Assembly: GCF_001194135.2 (NCBI RefSeq)
Contig: NC_068985.1
Location: 19,885,668 to 19,925,849 of the forward strand
Length of the DNA: 40,182 nucleotides
Direction of reading: 5' to 3'
Origin: Octopus bimaculoides
Lineage: Eukaryota
Position 1 is the first letter of the stretch, and every line of letters starts with the position of its first letter. The notes under the pieces were generated by a model. It ran no database searches and was not told the origin of the DNA. It saw only the letters and a program-made list of their open reading frames with translations. The translations under genes were made by a program, and so were the position numbers. Positions 22,906 to 35,954 of this stretch are shown here, piece after piece.

Positions 22906-24084
22906 AACATGGTCTTTACGGGTGAAATTATGTGGTGCCGACATGGGTGCTTTATACATGGTGCTTTCAAGTTTCTTGAAGGTTCTAAATTCTTATGACG
23001 TAAATAAAGATCAACATTTCAAATAAAGAAGGCTGCTTTAAAAGAATGATGTACACAATATATAACACACAGACACAGACACACACACACAAATCATATC
23101 TCCAAGAGCCATATGAATTCATAATGCTGTTGCTTGGTGACCGGTTTTGTCAACTGTTACAAAAGGTACAGAAATGTGCTAGAGAATGGTGATTCCTGAG
23201 CCTCAATAGAACAAGTAATGATGATGGTGTAGCATGTTAGAACAAGATAGAGATGAGGTGAATAAGATACAGTTTGCATCTGTACTAGACTGTGTGACAA
23301 TAGCTCTTATATTATTGCTTTCTGATTTAGGCATAAGGCCAGCAATTTTGAGAGGAAGGAACTAGTTCTTGACTGATACATTATTTTATTAACCCCGGAA
23401 GGAAGAAAAGCAAATTTGATCTAGGAGGAATTTGAATTTAAAGAAAATGCTTTGTGATATCTCTTCCAGCTCTTTTACATTATGACATTAACAGTTCTGT
23501 CAGCTCACCACATTTATAGCTTTCTATATTATTGAGAGCTACAAAGAATATATGGTAAAGGACAAATGACTCTACTTGAAATTCATTGGCCTAGACATGC
23601 TGTTAAGTTTTGATCAATTAGTTTCTGGTGAAAGTATCATTACAGCAGTAGAAGAATTTGGCAGCATGGAGTTGAATAATTTTAGAAGAAAAATGGCTCT
23701 GTTACTGTAAAAAGTATATAATCCATTCCTGGTATGCATGGTTAGAATTAGAATTCAATAGTTTATAAAATTTGTTTTGGGATCTTAACTTTAGATAATG
23801 CACTGGAATAAATACCAGTTATTACACTGGATTGCTGTTTATGATAGTGTTTCTGTAATGATTGACGAGAAAATTGAGATACATTTTTAAACTTGTTCAA
23901 TACTATAGCAAAGGAAGAATTATATGGATGCAAAATCTGTTTTGTATTCTCACAAATAAAAGAGGGTTGGGAATATAAATATTTTTTGGTTGGAGAAGAA
24001 TGGTATTTGAAAAAACACTGATTCATATCAGAGAAAAAAAAAATGAAAATAAAGATAATGAAATACAAAAAGTTCCCCCAAACA

Positions 24085-24090
24085 TTTATT
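24085..24090 (-). terminator. Polyadenylation signal of the MXRA7-like gene
   Basis: AATAAA on the minus strand about 95 nt past the stop, followed by GU/U-rich sequence. Confidence 0.55.
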
Positions 24091-24183
24091 CATAAGTTAA
24101 TAATTTAGTAAACAACAATACAACAGTTAAGATAAATAATATATAACTTATAGTCTCTGAGATACACATCTGCTAACAACTGT

Positions 24184-24452
24184 TTAGTTTATAGAATAGA
24201 GATTCATTTGTTGCTTCATCTCATTGATGTCTGCCAATCCAAATTTATCTCCTTGAGCTTTCATGAGATTAAACATTTCCTCCAACTGGTGTCGTTGAAT
24301 CGCTCTCTCTTCTTCTAACTCTTTCTCAGAAAGTTGTATATTTTTCAAAGTGAGGCGCTGTTTCGCTTTCTTCACTTCACTTGGAATGTGTTGACAAAAT
24401 TGCATTGGGTCTATTTCTGAATTGGTTTGAGGATTTTGGGTTTCTTCACAGC
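24184..24452 (-). CDS. MXRA7: Terminal exon of an MXRA7-like (matrix-remodelling-associated protein 7) helical-domain protein
   Basis: ttttcag acceptor at 24453-24454, phase 1. LSEKELEEERAIQRHQLEEMFNLMKAQGDKFGLADINEMKQQMNLY resembles, from memory, the human MXRA7 C-terminus (TKEELEEEQRVQKEQLAAIFKLMKDNKETFGEMSDGDVQEQLRLY). Confidence 0.8.
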
Positions 24453-26433
24453 CTGAAAATAAAATAAATGAAATGCTTTTAAGTATACACAAAAACAAAT
24501 AGTTGTTAGAGAGTTGGACAGGCTTCTGCACAATATTTGCTTTGACTCCTTGCACTTGAGTTCAAATATAACTGAGGTCAACCTTGCCTTCCATCTATTG
24601 AAGGTCACTAAAAAATTATCAACAAGGGTGGTGGATTACAGAACTGTAAGATTGTTTGGATGCTTTGTGGTATTTGTTCTGGTCCTCAGTATTTTGAGTT
24701 CAAATCCTGCCATGGCTTACTTGGGTGGTGGGCTTAATCTGTCACTTGATTTAACTCCTCTACCTGGTACCTTGAGTGCTTTTAGCAGAATCCACTTTTT
24801 GAAAGCACTCAAGCAAGGTGTCTCTAGTTTGTCCTTTCTGTCCACTTATCTCAAATGCTTTGTAAAAGGATTAAAATAAAACAAGAAAAAAAAAAAACAA
24901 GAAAAAAAAAAAACAAGAAAATAATTTAGGTAGCAACCTCATCAATTAGGTGGTCCATTAATGAACTTTTTCTAATGTGAAATACAAACACAAGAGTTTA
25001 ATATTTGTGAATTTTTTGTCTGCCTCTAAAGCAAAGGCTGCAACATTTTAGTTTACGAGACATTTATTTTAGGGAAAGGGGATCAGAAATAGCTCTATCC
25101 AAAAAGTGAACTTTGATTGTTGGGGTGATTACTTCCAATATATGATGTATGCATCAGTTTTTATTAACATTAAAACTTATAGTAATGAAGACTAAGTTCA
25201 AATGTCAGTGAACTAATTCTATGACCCAGTTTTCAGTGTTGTTTGAAGACATTGCATTTCTGTTATGTCATTAACCCTCTCAGACCTGAGCCCCTATGTC
25301 TAACTTTACCTTCAACCTGGGCTCCCAAGCCAAAAGACGCATATACAACTCGAGTGTAACGATTGCAGGCAAACAGATGGACAGAATTATCTGCATCTTT
25401 TTTCTCTACATGTGGGGTTCATTACCATTTCACTGGGAATTCAGCAGAGATGATTTTTAGCCTCTTCCTACTACATGGGAATACAACATGGCAGGGTAAA
25501 TATACTCTTGGTAAAGTTATGAATATCACAATTCCTTTTTCTCTTTTATCAATTTGGATATGAAATCACAAGTAAACTTTTTTAGTATGTTCAGTTTTTA
25601 AACACCATATAGAAATGGAACACAAGCTAAATAAAGTTATTTAGCTCCAGGCAATGCTAGCTGGAGCAGAGTTTATGATCAAAGCTATTTCAGCTATTGA
25701 CCATCCTGCCTTTTTAGAGATATGTACAGCTATATCAGCTAAAGTGTCCTATCCTTATAGAAAATGTCAGGGAATGATTTATGTAAAATTTGGTTGTTAT
25801 TTCTAGGAGGCTGAAAGGTCACATAGTAGATCCTTTGACAAAGATAAGGGCATGAAACTATTTAACTTGGAAAATACCTTACTCATAAGCTTATAAGACA
25901 TTATGGAAACTAATATATTTTGCATTATTGAGATTCCGGGATTGGTGGGGTGGGACCCCACCTCATTTTTAGTGAACCAAAATAAGGGATTTGCAGCATA
26001 TTAGGAGGTCAGGGTACTTGATTCCATGCAAAAAATCAAATTTTTAATTTTTACTTAGTGAAAATCGCGTGGATGTTAATATAGAAATTTACCATAATGT
26101 TGTTATTTAGCCTCAAATCAACCCTGATACTGCAAACGTATCATCAAAGACATTCCACCTTTCAGCAACCATCTTTTTAAGGATAATCTAGGACATTATA
26201 TACAATGGGCATGTGATTCAGGTAGGGGGATACTTTGGCTGCTATTTTTAGCGTGTCGAGTGACCAGGTAGAGGCTCTTTCATTGGTTCAATTGTGTGAT
26301 GAGATTTTTTTACACATGTAATATATATCATCGGCAGAAGTTAGAGAGTAAGTCAAAAGCTGAGAGTTTCATGTATTGGCACTTATCAAACACGAATTTG
26401 TCCATTGTTACATTGTAACTTCTGACAAAATAA

Positions 26434-26775
26434 CTTCTAAAATACAAAATTTTGTCAAAAACGTTAAGAGTAAACCCTGTTCTATGTGACACATTCTACC
26501 AGTATTGGAAGTTTGAAAGTGTTTAGTTAAAAAAAATTAATTGAATAATCTGTACATCAGAATTTGAACTCAGAACGTAAAGACATGAAATACCGCTTCT
26601 AAAATACAAAATTTTGTCAAAGATGTTAAGAATAAACCCCATTCTATGTGACATATTCTACCAGTATCAGAAGTTTGAAAGTGTTTAATTAAAAAAACAT
26701 TAACCAAATAATCTGTACATCAAAGTTGACCTCGGCAAAATTTGAACTCAAAACATAAAGACAGATGAAATACTG
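26434..26775 (+). repeat. ~162-bp diverged tandem duplication
   Basis: cttctaaaatacaaaattttgtcaaa starts at both 26434 and 26596. Confidence 0.85.
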
Positions 26776-27289
26776 TTAAGCATTTCACCTGGCGCTCTAA
26801 CGTTTCTGCCAGCTTACAACCTTAGAATGCAAAAATTCATTATAGAAATATATTCTTTATTCTTATTGCTTAAGCGTTACTTCTTACTTCTTTACTGACA
26901 TTAAATTTCGTATCATTTTACCTCTTAACTGTTTTTCTACTAATTTTTGTTCAATGCGACTAATGATTCTGAATTTCTCATGCATTTTTCTATCATTTAA
27001 GCCTAAGAAAGTATACTTTTAATCTAAAATTAAAATATTTATGTTAATTGAAGATGAATATCTGCATTACTGCTCCACTTGAGGTCTGACATATTTTGAT
27101 GTAACTTTTTTTCTACTGAACCAAATCTCAAACTATTTATGCTAAAGTGTAGCTGAGGAGGAGCCCTCTTTAAAACTATTAACAGTTTGCAATTTAGTTA
27201 AAAACTGAATTAGTGGTGAAGCTTGGAAACTGCTACGATTGATGAAATGGAGGACTTAAGAATATATTCAACCACTACGTGGTTTTGAA

Positions 27290-27447
27290 ATTTACAGACA
27301 AACAAAAGACGAAGACAGGGCTATTAACAACAAATAGGTGTATTAGTTTAACGCTTGGGCAGGGGAGAAAATTTTTTACGTTTTGAGCCTATGCTCTTCA
27401 ACAGAAAGGAACACGAGGAAATAAACAGAGAGAATAAAAAGAGAATA
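27290..27447 (-). mobile_element. Penelope-type terminal repeat with variant hammerhead
   Basis: Reverse complement homologous to 10880-11050. Confidence 0.6.
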
Positions 27448-27656
27448 AATACACACGTATATATATACACATACATACATACATATATAGATACACACAC
27501 ACACACACACATACATATATATATATACATACATACATACACACACATCTATATATATATACAAATATACACACACACATATATATATATACACACGTAT
27601 ATGCATACACACACATATATATATATACATACACACATATATATATACATACACAC

Positions 27657-27737
<81 letters not shown>
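27447..27737. repeat. Compound (TA)n/(CA)n microsatellite
   Basis: Read directly. Confidence 0.95.
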
Positions 27738-28790
27738 CAAATTCCTTCCACTGTTTGGGAGTGGTATTTCTTCACACGGCTCTCCTCATCCATCCATAGT
27801 ACATGACCATGCCAACACAAACATCTCTCTTGCACACGACATCCGATGCTTCTTATGGCCAACATTTCTCTCAGGGTGTTTATACTCTGTTGTGTGTGCA
27901 CACTGACATTACAAATCCAGCAGATCATGCTAGCTTCATTTCTTTCAGGCCTATGCATGTCTTCAGCAGTCATGGCCCATGTTTCACTGCCGTGAAGCAT
28001 GGTAGTTCGCACACATGCATTGTACAATCTACCTTTCACTCTGAGCGAGAGACCCTTTGTCACCAGTAGGGGTAGAAGCTGTCTGAACATTGCCCAGGCA
28101 ATTCTTATTCTAGTTGTAACACTCTCTGAGCATTGATCCCCACTACAGACTTGGTCACCTAGGTAGCAGAAGCTATCAACTACTCCTAGTTTCTCCCCCT
28201 GGCATGTGATGGAATCTGTTTTCTGAGCATCTGTGGTGTTTATTGCTCCTGTGCATCTGCTGCACACGAAAGCTATCTTCCCAGTTAATCTTCCTTTGAT
28301 GTTGCTGCACCTCTTATGCATCCATAGCTTTCACCGAGTATATCTTATGGAGTTTCTACCTACACCTTTTCTATAGATTGAGCAGGGCCACCTACCTGAA
28401 GGGGTGTGTGATGTGCTCACTTTCCTACTTACTAGAAGTTTTGGTCTTTGCGACATTGACTATAAGGCCCTTCGACTCTAAACCTTGTTTCCACACCTGA
28501 AATTTCTTCTCTAGTTCTGGTAGTGATTCTGTTATGAGGGCCAGGCCATCAACAGAGGAGGTCCCAGGGGTAACCTGTCTTGAATTCCTCTGTTATTGCC
28601 TGGAGGACTATGATGAATAAGAGGGGGCTGAGGACTGATACTTGGTGGACCCCTGCTTCTACCCGGAATTCTTCACTATACTCATTGCAAACCCTAACCT
28701 TACTAACAGCATCTTTGTATAGGGCCTGTACAGCCCTTATGAATCATTTGTCAATCCCCAGTTTCTGCATAGCCCACCAGATACACATTC
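27737..28790 (-). mobile_element. RTE LINE reverse-transcriptase fragment
   Basis: [68 protein letters not shown]. Confidence 0.92.
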
Positions 28791-29484
28791 ATATACATAC
28801 ACACATACATACATATACATACACACACATATATATATATATATATATACATATATACATACACATGCATGCATTTACATACACACATACATACATATAC
28901 ATACACACATACATACATATTTACATACATACACATACATACATACAGACACGTGTTTCTGTTGTACCTGTATTTCAAAGGTCCAGCCTTCTCACACTCT
29001 GTGTCACGCTGAATCTCCCCAAGAAGAATATTATCATAAAGTCAGTAAAGAGTTAATAAATAACTTGTGACTAAACTGTGCAAACAGTTACTAAAAGAGT
29101 GCAGCTTATCATGTCTTACATTTGATGAATGGAAATAATATAGTTCCATTAGAAGCCTTTACAACAATGATCTGCAAACAAAGATTAATCCATTGTTTTC
29201 TTTGAATAAGAATAACATGTCTCAACAGATCAGATTAAAGAATAAAGTTCAATATGTTAGTGCAGCAGTTACAAATAAAAGGGATAATCTAAATAAGAAA
29301 GGACTGACCTTGGGCCTTGTTTAGTCTTTGTTACTAGAGAAATTAGATATAAATTGAAAACAGAAACATGAAAAGTGTGGAGAGGATAAATAAATATTCA
29401 ATCAAGAAAAGAAACGATACGAAAATATATTTAGTGCTTTATCAATGAAAGTAAAAAGTATAATAAAAAATAATGACAAAAACC

Positions 29485-29713
29485 TTGTAGCGAAGCTGCT
29501 CTCTCTCTCTCTTGTTGAACGCGACCTTATCTGAAGGTGGCGATTGGTTGGGTTGCACCCTGGTACGAGATAGAGTAAGAGAGAAAGATACGCCAATACC
29601 AACCAATCAGAGTGGTGGACATGAGGTCCAAAGAAGTGGCCGAAGGCTAGCTGTTATCTGCTACATCTGCATTCATGTATATATAATGGAAAGAGAGAGC
29701 AGCTTCACTACAA
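29485..29713. mobile_element. MITE-like element
   Basis: ~25-bp inverted repeats ttgtagcgaagctgctctctct / agagagagcagcttcactacaa; no clear TSD. Confidence 0.5.
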
Positions 29714-30204
29714 CCCCATACAGTTTAGAAAAAGCTATTCCTTGATATAAGCAATCATTCACAGGTTTTCTCTAAGTCTACTGTTTTTATATCTGGGGTG
29801 GTGCTATTGTTTCACAGACATCTTAGTGTTCTCCACTTCCCCGCCCTCCACAAAAATAAAGAAATAAAAAGTCATTTGATTGACAAGCTTCATGTCATTC
29901 CCTAATATGTACCAACCTCTGGACCTCACACATGCTCGCTTTCTTTCTTATCAGTCTGCATTTCTGCACTTACTAACCGTAATCACTACATTTCAGGATA
30001 GGCTGCTTTTATACCATTTCCACTCAGGCTTTCCCCAACTCACTTGTCTCTTACCCTCTATTTTCCATAAAGTCTCCACTTCAAAACTATTTACCACTCC
30101 AAACATGTTAATCATCTAAAATTCTCCTTCAGCTATTCAAAAGGAAAATCAACTACAACAATTCCAGGCCATAGGTACAGCATCCTCCTTCAAGCCTGTT
30201 CTGT

Positions 30205-30484
30205 CTGGCACTCCATTGGTTATGCCAACAAAGGTTCCAGTTTAACGTAACATCCTGCTCGTGAAATTAGTGTAGTTCTCAGGGAGATTCAGTGTGACAC
30301 AAGATGTGACAAGGACTGACCCTTTGAAATACAGATACAACTCATTTTTGCCAGATGAGTAGACTGGAGTAACGTGAAATAATTTGTCTTGCTCAAGAAT
30401 ATATTCAATGTACTGCCAGGAATCGAACCCACAACCTTATGACTATGGACTGAATACCCCTAACCACTAAGCCACGTGCCTTCA
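30205..30484 (-). mobile_element. SINE family E (degenerate)
   Basis: Reverse tRNA head ctaaccactaagcc, ggaatcgaaccc; body matches 21365-21567. Confidence 0.8.
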
Positions 30485-31019
30485 AGTCAAATCATTAAAA
30501 ACAAAACAAGACACTGGCCCTGCCTACTGTTTTTCTTTTTTGCCATAATAACAATGACTGCTTGGCTATGCCCACCTAAACCAATGCAGTAGTTTTTGTC
30601 TTTTATTAACTAATGCTTTTACTCAGATGCTACACTAATCACTTTGTAAAATCTACTATGCTCAATTAGTAATATTTTTGTTACCAAATTTTTCATCTTG
30701 TAAGCTATTCATATCAATTATCATCATCGTTTAACGTCTGTTTTCCATCTAAAAGAATATACAATATCTCTGGGCATTGCCTCACCGTCTCTGAGAGGAA
30801 CTCCTCCCCACAAATAAAACTAACAAAAACTAATGAATTTTTAAAAAAGAAATTGAAAATTTTATGCAATTGAGGGTGTTGATGAATAATTTATATTTTT
30901 TCCCCAGATGTTATACTAATCAATCTGTAAAATCTACTGTACTCAAATTGTAATATTTTTGTCACCAAATTTTTCATCTTACGTTTCATCAATATCAATC
31001 TTGTAAGCTATTCTTATCA

Positions 31020-31205
31020 AATATCATCATTTAATGTTCATTTTCCATGCTGGCATGGGTTGGACAGTTTGTCACAAGCTGGCAAACTAGAGGGCTCCAC
31101 AAGGCACCAATTATCTGTTTTGGCATGATTTCTATGGTTGGACACCCTTCCTAACACCAACCACTTTCTAGAATGTACTGGGTATTTTTAATACATGGTA
31201 CCAGC
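31020..31205 (-). mobile_element. Family C repeat
   Basis: ttttccatgctggcatgggttggac..cccttcctaacaccaacc. Confidence 0.8.
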
Positions 31206-32212
31206 TTGTAAACAATCTAGAAGAATATACAATATCTCTGGACATTACTTTACTTCTCAGAAAGGAAAAAAAAAAATCCCCAAAAACAAAAACTAATGAA
31301 TTTTAGAAAAGAAATTGAAATTTTTTATGCAAACTATAGTCACAAACTATAGTCACAAAAGCTTAAAAAAATTTTTTTTCTTTTTCATTATTTAGTCTCA
31401 GGAAGACAGACATTGTACATTGTCTTTGCAGATCTTTTCAAACTGATGGATGTACTAAATGTTCAGTTTGAGGTTTTGCTGATTGATACCTGTAGAGTAA
31501 ATGTAGACAGGAAGAACATTCCAGTATTGCTATCCAATAGGGGAAATTTTTAGCAGAGTGTCTGGGGGTGAAGCACCAGGGATGGTGAGAGGAGAGTGCA
31601 GTGGGGTGTGAGTGGGTAATACAACTTACAAGTTCAGAGAAGCAGAAACTATTGTAGTGGTGTTATAAGAAATAAAATGAAAGCACAACATATTATTATG
31701 ATTATAGTTGTAGTGGTGGTGGCAATGTTGTTTAGTCTCAGATCAATCCTGATTTAGCAAATCTGTAATCAAAGGCAATGCACCTTTGACCATCCTCATA
31801 TTTCATACATTAAAAACTAGTGTTCTATAAGTCTTTCCTGTTTGGAAGAGATAAACTGTGATTTGAGGTAATTTAGCTGGATAGAGGCTCCACCACTGAT
31901 CAACAGTGTTGTCAGTCAATCAGTCAGTTTGGCAATTTTAGAGGATCAGCCTTGAGTGCTTGTCCTAATGTAGGTTACACCTTGTAAAGAATTAGTAACT
32001 GATCACAACTGAAGTATTTTCTCGCTCCAATTATCAAAAGGTCAATTATTTAAATGTTAAATTTCAACATTCATTTTTGTATATAGTCAAAAGTTTATCT
32101 TTTAACTAAAAGCAGGAGCTAGTATTTGTCATTTCAGTCACATAATGGCCAAATGGGTGTGATTGCCAGGTTCTGAATTTGGCATTTTAATTTTTATAGG
32201 ATTAGCCAAGAA

Positions 32213-32460
32213 CAGTGGTTCTCAACCATTTTTCTCTAAGGGACCCCTTTGATTCCTATTTTACTCAGGTGGACCCTCATAGTAATTTGATGTCTAAAAA
32301 ACCCTATTATATTTTTATAATCATATATTATTAAGAATTGTATTAAAAAATAGCTAAAATATTTTGTGTATTGTAAACATATAACCAATTAATTTCATTT
32401 TAACAATAAAATGTTATTTGGACCCCACCTGGCCATATGGACCTCAGTTGGGAACCACTG
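32213..32460. mobile_element. hAT (Charlie-type) MITE
   Basis: TIRs CAGTGGTTCTCAAC / GTTGGGAACCACTG; 8-bp TSD gccaagaa / gtctagaa (6/8), fitting the Charlie NTCTAGAN target. Confidence 0.85.
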
Positions 32461-32609
32461 GTCTAGAAGAAGGGGCTGTACCGATGTCCTTTGCAGGCTT
32501 TCCAAGACTAGTAAGGTTGAAGTGCTTAATGTTATAAACATTAGACCATGAAGGTGAACATGCAAGTCAAACAAGCTTCATACTCATCAGGAAATGAGAC
32601 AGACTAATC

Positions 32610-33988
32610 ATCATCATCATCATCATTTAGTGTCCATTGTCCATGCTGGCATGGGTTGGACGGTTTGACCAGGGCTGGCAAGCTGCACCAGACTCCAGTC
32701 TGTTGTGGCATGGTTTCTACGGCTGGATGCCCTTCCTATTGATAACCACTCCGAGAGTGTGATGGGTCAGCAGAGGTAGGAGCTCTCTGAACTTTGCCCA
32801 GCCTAATCTTATTCTCAGAGCTATGCTCTTAGAGCATCCATCCCCGCTACTAACTTGGTCACCTAGATAATGGAAGCTATCTACTACCTCTAGCTTACCA
32901 CACTGGCATTTGATGAAGTCTATTTTCTGTACATTTTCAGTGTTTACTATACCTGTGCATCTTCCACACACAAAAGCTATTTTCCCTGTTAACCTCCTTC
33001 TGATATTGCTGCACCTTTTATGTGTCCAAAGGGATCTGTGATTTGTCTGCCTTCTTACTGACTAACACTTTGGTTTTTACTAGGTTAACTAACTCTAAGG
33101 CCCTTCAATTCTAGACCTTGCTTCCATATCTGGAACTTCTCTAGTTCTGGTAGTGATTCAGCTATAAGAACAAGGTCATTAGCATAGAGGAGCTCCCAGG
33201 GGCAGCCTGTCTTAAATTCCTATGTTATTGCCTGGAGGACTATGATGAAGAAAAAGGGGTTGAGGACTGATCTTAGGTGAACCCCTACTTGTACCCTGAA
33301 TTCTTCACTGTACTTGTTGCCAACCCTCACCTTACTAGTAGTGTCCCTGCATATGGCTTGTACATCTCTCAACAACCACTTGTCTATCCCTAGTTTCTGC
33401 ACTGTAATATCTGACCACCAGATAAGGGATTGGGAGACCCTGCCAAAGGCTTTCTCCAAGTCAACAAAAGCCAAGTACAGAGGTTTATCATTGGCTGTAC
33501 ATTTTTCCTGCAGCTACCTTACCAGAAATATAGCATCAGTGGCACAAAACCTAAACTGCTGCTCATCTAGACTCTCTCGCTAATTAGTTGGACTAAATCT
33601 CTGACCATATGAAGTGTCTTTAAGCTTCCAAATCCTCCTTTTCCAAATTGGTCTGATTCTTGGCATCCTTCTGGCCCGGGGTCTATGTTGGGGGGGGGGG
33701 GGCTACATTCTTCACTACGGAGGGTCTTTGTATTTGAGAGCAACCATGCATCCCATTGCCTGGTGAGAATGTAATCAATCTGATTGATAGCTTATCAGGT
33801 GGTTGGCTGGTTTCCTGAAGTTGGTGTTGCAGACCAATACGTTATTTGCATCACAGAACTCCAGTAGCCTTGTTCCCTCTTCATTTCGGGAACCAATTCC
33901 ATGGCCCCATGGCTCAACTCACTTATGGTAAACGACTGCCAGGCCAAATCCCAAAAGTGGCAGGAACACTGGGGACTGGTGTATTGCT
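32610..33988 (-). mobile_element. Internally deleted RTE LINE (APE C-terminus, RT, family C 3' UTR)
   Basis: RNEEGTRLLEFCDANNVLVCNTNF; MAFVDLEKAFGRV; VDSFHYLGDQV..FRELLPLL joined directly to the family C tail. Confidence 0.9.
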
Positions 33989-34320
33989 GTGCAAGTGTCT
34001 TCTACTATAGCCTCGGGCCGACCAAAGCCTTGTGAGTGGATTTGGTAGATGGAAACTGAAAAGAAGCCCGTCGTGTATATATATATATATTTGTGTGTGT
34101 GTGTGTGTGTGTGTTTGTCCCCCCCCCCCATCATCGCTTGACAACCAATGCTGGTGTGTCTACGTCCCCGTAACTTATCGGTTCGGCAAAAAGAGACCGA
34201 TAGAATAAGTACTAGGCTTACAAAGAATAAGTCCTGGGGTCGATTTGCTCGACTAAAGGCGGTGCTCCAGCATGGCCACAGTCAAATGACTAAAACAAGT
34301 AAAAGAGAATAAAAGAGAAT
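33989..34320 (+). mobile_element. SINE family A, 5'-truncated, abutting the RTE copy
   Basis: Starts at gcaagtgtcttctactatagcc; intact tail. Confidence 0.9.
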
Positions 34321-34677
34321 CATAACATTCTACTAACGCTCCATCTAGCTAACTGTACCAAAGAATGTAGTCTTCTATTATAATTTCATTCACATCTAAG
34401 ATGTTTTATAAATCACTCCAAGTATTTTTGACTGATAGGATTTGAATTTAGAATGTAAAGGTTTATAAACTTCTCTAACAATTCTGGCAGACTGTCACTT
34501 GGTTGTATTGTAAATTGTTTTGTTAGTTTTATAAGTGAGGAGGGTGCAGACAAATGCAGTTGATGGTCACCTTGAACATCAACAGGAGGACATTCCTGAG
34601 AGTTGCAATCAGGGAAGATGGACTGGGATGTGTTTACTGGAGAATCTGGGAAGTCTAGTTGTAAAGTTGTCTTTCCA

Positions 34678-35070
34678 ATTCATCATCATCGTTTTATCGT
34701 CCATGCTCGCATGGCTCAGACAGAATTTGTTGAGGCGGCTTTTCTATGTACGGCCAGATGCCCTTGCTGCCGTTAACTCACGCCTGTTTTCAAGCAAAGT
34801 CATTTTCCCCCTCATGTCCAGAAGAATAGATGCAAAAGAAATCACTTGCATAACGGTGACACTCGTTTACAACTACCAAGGCACAGAGTCAGTAACACAC
34901 ATACATACGACAAGCTTCTTTTAGTTTCCGCCAACCAGATCAACTCACAAGGCTTTGGTCGGCCCGGGGACATAGAAGAAGACACTTGCCCACTGTACCA
35001 CACAGAGGAACAGAACTCGGAAACATGTGGTTGAGATGCAAACTTCTTACCTCACAGCCACACCAGCACC
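34678..35070 (-). mobile_element. SINE family D
   Basis: A head at 34905-35070 and D tail at 34678-34900. Confidence 0.8.
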
Positions 35071-35134
35071 TTTTAATCATTTTATAAGTATGAGTTGTTC
35101 GACTCATTTTAAGATTAAAAAAAAAAACACAAAC

Positions 35135-35180
35135 CTGTGACTAAGCATGGAATTAACGAGGAAATACACTTTCTCGCCAT
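35135..35180 (-). CDS. Candidate first coding exon of the MXRA7-like gene (MARKCISSLIPCLVT)
   Basis: gtgATGG context, cag|gtttgt donor in phase 1 matching the terminal exon; sits where CpG density rises. No homology evidence. Confidence 0.4.
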
Positions 35181-35785
35181 CACTATAGACAATGCTTGCC
35201 AGGTTTCTTCTCTGGGATCTAACTATTTCTATCTTTATGAATTCCTTTGAGAAAGCTTTATTGTTTTCGATAGAATCTATCTTATTCCAAGCGTTTCGTA
35301 TTTTTTCTTTTTGCCATAAAATTGATTAGAAAAAAAAAAAAAAAGTGAAACTATGCTATATTATAATATTTTTTTGTAATAAAGCAGAAATGAACACAGT
35401 AAAACAATATTTACTATGCGAAACTATGTTCGTATGAAATAATTTCCTTGTAAATAACATTACGCAGGTGCGTTAACAAGACAAGACAAATTTATACATA
35501 TTGTTAATGTAAAGTTAGAAATAGAATACTAATTTGAGAATATTGTAAGCATTCAATTAAAACAATGGGTTCGGGCTGTTTCTTTCCTTTCTTTTTTTTT
35601 TTTATCAATTTATCGACGTAATTTTTTTGGCTCGTGATTTTGTATTAACTATTGATATTTCTGCAAGGCTATGTGACTAGATATACAGCAGTTATATGAA
35701 ATTCTGTTGTCATTAACACCATCTAACTGTCCATATTTATTGTGATGCTATTAAGTACAGAAATGTTTTTTTACATCCGTATATA

Positions 35786-35883
35786 NNNNNNNNNNNNNNN
35801 NNNNNNNNNNNNNNNNNNNNNNNNNNNNNNNNNNNNNNNNNNNNNNNNNNNNNNNNNNNNNNNNNNNNNNNNNNNNNNNNNNN
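35786..35883. other. Assembly gap in a (TA)n tract
   Basis: N run. Confidence 1.
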
Positions 35884-35954
35884 ATATATATATATATATA
35901 TATAAAATAGAACGATAAAATACGTATTCCACATCCAACCTAAAAAAAAAAAAA

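Noticed and set aside
5970-27409. All hammerhead motifs oriented sense to their host genes
   Set aside because: Four are sense, but the degenerate copy at 19.6 kb is antisense; the sample is too small to claim a bias.
27348-27906. Long YI/HT/CV-rich ORFs (also at 1003-1412, 9711-10090, 28580-29056)
   Set aside because: Stop-free frames produced by (TA)n/(CA)n microsatellites.
31430-31492. Minus-strand exon after a strong acceptor (tttactctacag)
   Set aside because: All three frames stop within about 55 nt and there is no donor; it cannot join the MXRA7-like terminal exon.
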